Sequence record: PQ850610.1
Source of the DNA: Escherichia phage JacquesWildberger_Bas92
Reading direction: 5' to 3' (one strand)
DNA length: 64,000 nucleotides
Position numbers and translations under genes: made by a program
Notes under the pieces: model-generated
Databases searched by the model: none
What the model saw: only the letters and a program-made list of their open reading frames with translations
What the model was told of the DNA's origin: nothing
In this document: in pieces, positions 60,904 to 64,000 of the stretch
Numbering within the stretch: position 1 is the first letter of the stretch
Layout of the letters: the number at the start of each line of letters is the position of its first letter

Positions 60904-61392
60904 TTATTTAGCACTGATGCAATTAGCTAGGTTGATGTGTACGGTATAAACCGCATTATTCTCACTATTGTAAACCGTGGTGGCAAGCATTGATTCGTTT
61001 ATCGGGCCATAACTGACTAGATTTGTAACAGCTTTCGCATGTTTGTAACGTTGTACAGTGCCAAATGTAACTAGTTCGGGATCGTTATCAGTGCGCTTTA
61101 ATAGCAAATCATCATTGCCCTGATTATCTAGTGTTTTGGTACTAACGACCAGACCATCACGGGAAACGTTACTAAATTTAACCTTTAAGACGATTTGATT
61201 GGTGTCACTATCCGCACCGTTACAGATTAACCATTTGTTAGGTGCATCCTTCACGAACAAACTAGCGGCATTATTAGCAGAAGCAGAACTAGCGATAGCG
61301 TTGTCAGAAAAAGAAGTTACCAGTGCACTGACACCGATGGCTGTAACCAGTGCATAACTTGCCAGATTAATAGTCTGCATTACTTTCGCCAT
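60904..61392 (-). CDS. secreted protein with signal peptide
   Basis: signal-like N-terminus LASYALVTAIGVSALVTSFSDNAIA. Confidence 0.4.
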   Translation of the reverse strand: MAKVMQTINLASYALVTAIGVSALVTSFSDNAIASSASANNAASLFVKDAPNKWLICNGADSDTNQIVLKVKFSNVSRDGLVVSTKTLDNQGNDDLLLKRTDNDPELVTFGTVQRYKHAKAVTNLVSYGPINESMLATTVYNSENNAVYTVHINLANCISAK

Positions 61393-61491
61393 TTTTGCTA
61401 CTCCTTAGATAGAATCAATTAACTATTGCCACTTCTATAATACAAAGACGGTATTCAAGGTTACTACTCATACTTATACCTCCTGTTTTAC

Positions 61492-61522
61492 GGGCATAAA
61501 AAGCCCCAGCCGTAGCCGGGGC
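61492..61522 (-). terminator. rho-independent terminator
   Basis: on - strand GCCCCGGC-tacg-GCTGGGGC followed by ttttta. Confidence 0.5.
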
Positions 61523-61582
61523 AAACCTGAAAGCAACGCATGACCGTTGCTATAAATACACTCGCAAATGCACTTACAGCAA

Positions 61583-61607
61583 CGCAAAAAGCCGCTCAAA
61601 GGCGGCT
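61583..61607 (-). terminator. rho-independent terminator
   Basis: on - strand AGCCGCC-tttga-GCGGCT followed by ttttgcgtt. Confidence 0.45.
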
Positions 61608-61645
61608 ATGTGGAAGCTTCAAATGGGGAGAGGGCACGACGCGGC

Positions 61646-61672
61646 AGAAAGAGCGTCATAGTACTAAAAGAG
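61646..61672. repeat. copy 2 of conserved ~28-nt element with TAGTACTA palindrome
   Basis: 18-nt identical core gcgtcatagtactaaaag; lies 19-36 nt 3' of a - strand stop codon, as copy 1 does. Confidence 0.6.
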
Positions 61673-61688
61673 GGGGGCTGCATTCCTA

Positions 61689-62132
61689 CTACTTAACCCT
61701 TGCTTCTTTGATGGGGTCAATGTATTTTTCAACTCCCCACTTGCGTTTACTGTCAGCGTAGAAAACATCAGGTGCACACTGGCTTGTCTTAGGAAATGCT
61801 TGCGGGTCTTTCGTGCTACCTTTAAACTTCTGTTTACCACGGGTGCGACCATTACAGAAGATCTCTAACTTCTTCTCTTCTTCTGTTTTAGCGCCACCGC
61901 TCCGTAATAAAGAGCGTTTATGATCGGCTAACAATAACGCATCAGCACGATGGACACGATGACCTAAACGTTTTGCCACACTGGAAGGAATATGAGATTC
62001 AGCTTCAGCCTTTGCAGCACGACGCTTTAAACTACGCTTGCTAACGTGATTGGTTGCCTTTGGTTTCTCTTTCTCCAATTCAGAAATAGAAAAACAACGC
62101 CCGCCCTTCATGCTGATTTTAGATTTAGCCAC
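61689..62132 (-). CDS. basic hypothetical protein with RLGHRV motif
   Basis: 147 aa, Lys/Arg-rich; shares KRLGHRV...SLL motif with next ORF. Confidence 0.35.
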   Translation of the reverse strand: MAKSKISMKGGRCFSISELEKEKPKATNHVSKRSLKRRAAKAEAESHIPSSVAKRLGHRVHRADALLLADHKRSLLRSGGAKTEEEKKLEIFCNGRTRGKQKFKGSTKDPQAFPKTSQCAPDVFYADSKRKWGVEKYIDPIKEARVK

Positions 62133-62201
62133 TATCTTATTCCTTTCAGTGATAAGTTATATCGGGCAAGCCCATCAAGGCGATAGGCTTGAACAAATAA
62201 C

Positions 62202-62411
62202 TCAACCAAGTAAACCAAATGATTTCCAACTACGCAGTAAGATCGTACCATCATCCATAGTTACGCATAATTTTAGTAGTCGCTTACTGGTACTGCTCAC
62301 CGTTGTGATTCGTCCGGTTGTGCATTTACCTTTATTGCTATAAAGATATATAACACGATGGCCTAACAAACGAGATGGCGCTTTCTTAAATTCTGAGATG
62401 TTAGTGATCAT
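62202..62411 (-). CDS. hypothetical protein with RLLGHRV motif
   Basis: 69-aa ORF, paralog-like motif. Confidence 0.3.
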   Translation of the reverse strand: MITNISEFKKAPSRLLGHRVIYLYSNKGKCTTGRITTVSSTSKRLLKLCVTMDDGTILLRSWKSFGLLG

Positions 62412-62629
62412 TATCCATATACCTTAACATGATTGATTCGACGTGAATGATGATAAGAAGACTCAACAGCCATTGCCTTTAATTCTTCTTTTCGTTGGTT
62501 AGTGTGTACAATATCCCAATGATTATGATCGTGTTGGCGCTGTAATATCTTACTACATTTGCGATGGTTTCCCGTGCTGCGACGTTTCTCACAAATAGGA
62601 CACTTGCCAAAATTATTACTGAATATCAT
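62411..62629 (-). CDS. small zinc-finger / HNH-like protein
   Basis: CPIC ... HRKC ... QHDHNHW. Confidence 0.3.
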   Translation of the reverse strand: MIFSNNFGKCPICEKRRSTGNHRKCSKILQRQHDHNHWDIVHTNQRKEELKAMAVESSYHHSRRINHVKVYG

Positions 62630-62853
62630 TTTCTCAATCCTAACTTTCTTAAGACACGGCCTAACGTTGTTTCTTGGGTGATAATATACCTGACCGCTTC
62701 ACGTTCCAACGTTTCAATCTTCATTGGCGACGGATACCATTCACCGGTAAGCATACACCTATACTCAACGCCATACTTTTTAGATAGGCGGTAATGTTGA
62801 CCGTTGATAAGGTTCCTATAAATCGTGGTATGCGTCGTTAACATAATCGTCAC
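62626..62853 (-). CDS. hypothetical protein
   Basis: 75-aa ORF. Confidence 0.3.
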   Translation of the reverse strand: MTIMLTTHTTIYRNLINGQHYRLSKKYGVEYRCMLTGEWYPSPMKIETLEREAVRYIITQETTLGRVLRKLGLRK

Positions 62854-62956
62854 CTTTGATTAGATTCTTTGATTAGTACACTGAATCAATGCACTGATAA
62901 AAGAAAAGGCGCTACCCGTTAAAGATAGCGCCTCATGTTTATTTAGATTGTCTTAC

Positions 62957-63865
62957 TTATGCCGCCTGACGTGCCGCCATAATTTCAGCCGCTTTACGCA
63001 ATACTTCTTCCTCTTCTGCTTTCGCCGCTTGTTCGGTACGGGTAGCAACCGTTGAAGAGATACGACCGCGCAGACTTTCTAACTTCTCTTGCATAGCTGC
63101 GATGGTCTTTTCCATTTCATCAGCGTATGAATCCAGTGATTCCAATTCCTTGCTTGATGCGTTCATCAGATAATCATCCGAGATCGCTACCGTTGAGGCC
63201 GTCACTTTCTTGATGAGTGAGTCGAATGACTTCTTAACCTTGCCGACTTCTTCACTTAAGGCAATAGTGTTATCACTGGTAGCGCCGTTGCGCTCATCGG
63301 CCAACAATTTTGCTTCAATACGGATTGCATTCAAGCGTTCAACTAAAGCGTAAATATCCTGATTAAAATCTTCCTTGTTTTTCGCCGGGATTTGCAGATG
63401 GGCCGCCACGTTGTCATTGCAACCTTTATAAAAGTTAGGATTATCCACTTCAATTGCACGACCTAAAGCAAAATTCTCGAAAGCATTCGACCAGCGAGCG
63501 CGGTTTTGTTCCATTTTGGCCTTAATTTGCGCTTCTTTCGCATCTTCTTTCGCTTTCGCCTCGCCTTCCAGATTAATCCATTTTTTACGACCGTTCGCCG
63601 CCTCGGTGTTAAACTTGATTGGAGTTAAGAAAGTAATTGCAGTGGCAATAACATCCATATCGCGGAAACGTTCAGTTAACAGAAAATCGACCGCCGCTTG
63701 CAATACATCTAACTTTTTACCGTTGCTGCGAAAGTGCTGCAAATGCCCTAAAAGGAAGTTAGAAACATCTTGTTTAATCGCCGCGTTATTTTTGCGGATG
63801 TTGTTTGCCAGCGCGTTAAAACCGGATTCTTTTACCAGATTAAAAACTTTAGCCATGATATTCAC
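62957..63865 (-). CDS. hypothetical coiled-coil protein
   Basis: 302-aa ORF, higher-GC than phage core. Confidence 0.35.
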   Translation of the reverse strand: MNIMAKVFNLVKESGFNALANNIRKNNAAIKQDVSNFLLGHLQHFRSNGKKLDVLQAAVDFLLTERFRDMDVIATAITFLTPIKFNTEAANGRKKWINLEGEAKAKEDAKEAQIKAKMEQNRARWSNAFENFALGRAIEVDNPNFYKGCNDNVAAHLQIPAKNKEDFNQDIYALVERLNAIRIEAKLLADERNGATSDNTIALSEEVGKVKKSFDSLIKKVTASTVAISDDYLMNASSKELESLDSYADEMEKTIAAMQEKLESLRGRISSTVATRTEQAAKAEEEEVLRKAAEIMAARQAA

Positions 63866-64000
63866 CTTTCAATTATAAGGGCACTATTGCCCCGCTCGCT
63901 ATGAGCTTTTAAGCCATTATTGACTTAGCTATAGTCACTCACTAATAAATAACTATAGGTAAGCGGAGCGGTCTTATCAGGAGTTAACCTTGCCGCTCCC

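Noticed and set aside
61540-61761. + strand 73-aa ORF spanning the terminator region
   Set aside because: Crosses two - strand terminator hairpins and the conserved 28-nt element; low-complexity translation.

Overview
Window is ~64 kb of a virulent dsDNA podovirus-type phage genome. Gene content (phage ECF-type sigma factor, single tRNA-Arg, T7-like primase-helicase and split DNA polymerase) resembles phiEco32-like phages; that assignment is from memory and needs a database search. 1-28.2 kb: + strand virion module (large terminase, portal, scaffold-like protein, major capsid + Ig-like extension, two tail fibres, GH24 lysozyme, Big_2 tail protein, SLT transglycosylase, Q/N-rich internal proteins, 1435-aa coiled-coil protein), punctuated by UUCG-tetraloop terminators and exact TAATGTATA promoter-like elements. 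28.2-64 kb: - strand replication, nucleotide-metabolism and early genes converging on a bidirectional terminator at 28.17-28.20 kb (HNH, FEN, sigma factor, overlapping spanin pair, SSB-like, PolA polymerase and separate 3'-5' exonuclease, PhoH, ThyX variant, thioredoxin, Dps-like, dCTP deaminase, pol-beta nucleotidyltransferase, primase-helicase). Most notable is a ~9.4 kb - strand cluster (45.7-55.0 kb) encoding a class-II glutamine amidotransferase, two glutamine-synthetase-like amidoligases, an ATP-grasp ligase and a gamma-glutamyl-cyclotransferase-like protein plus unknowns: a candidate uncharacterised amide/peptide-ligation or modification system. Its amidotransferase can only expose its catalytic Cys by starting at a non-AUG codon (ATT). 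Other points: a probable -1 programmed frameshift fusing capsid to the Ig-like domain, tRNA-Arg(UCU) beside a tRNA 3' fragment and an HNH gene, a second (SleB-like) wall hydrolase, and a distinct right-end accessory region. All domain calls are from reading the translations by eye; no searches were run.
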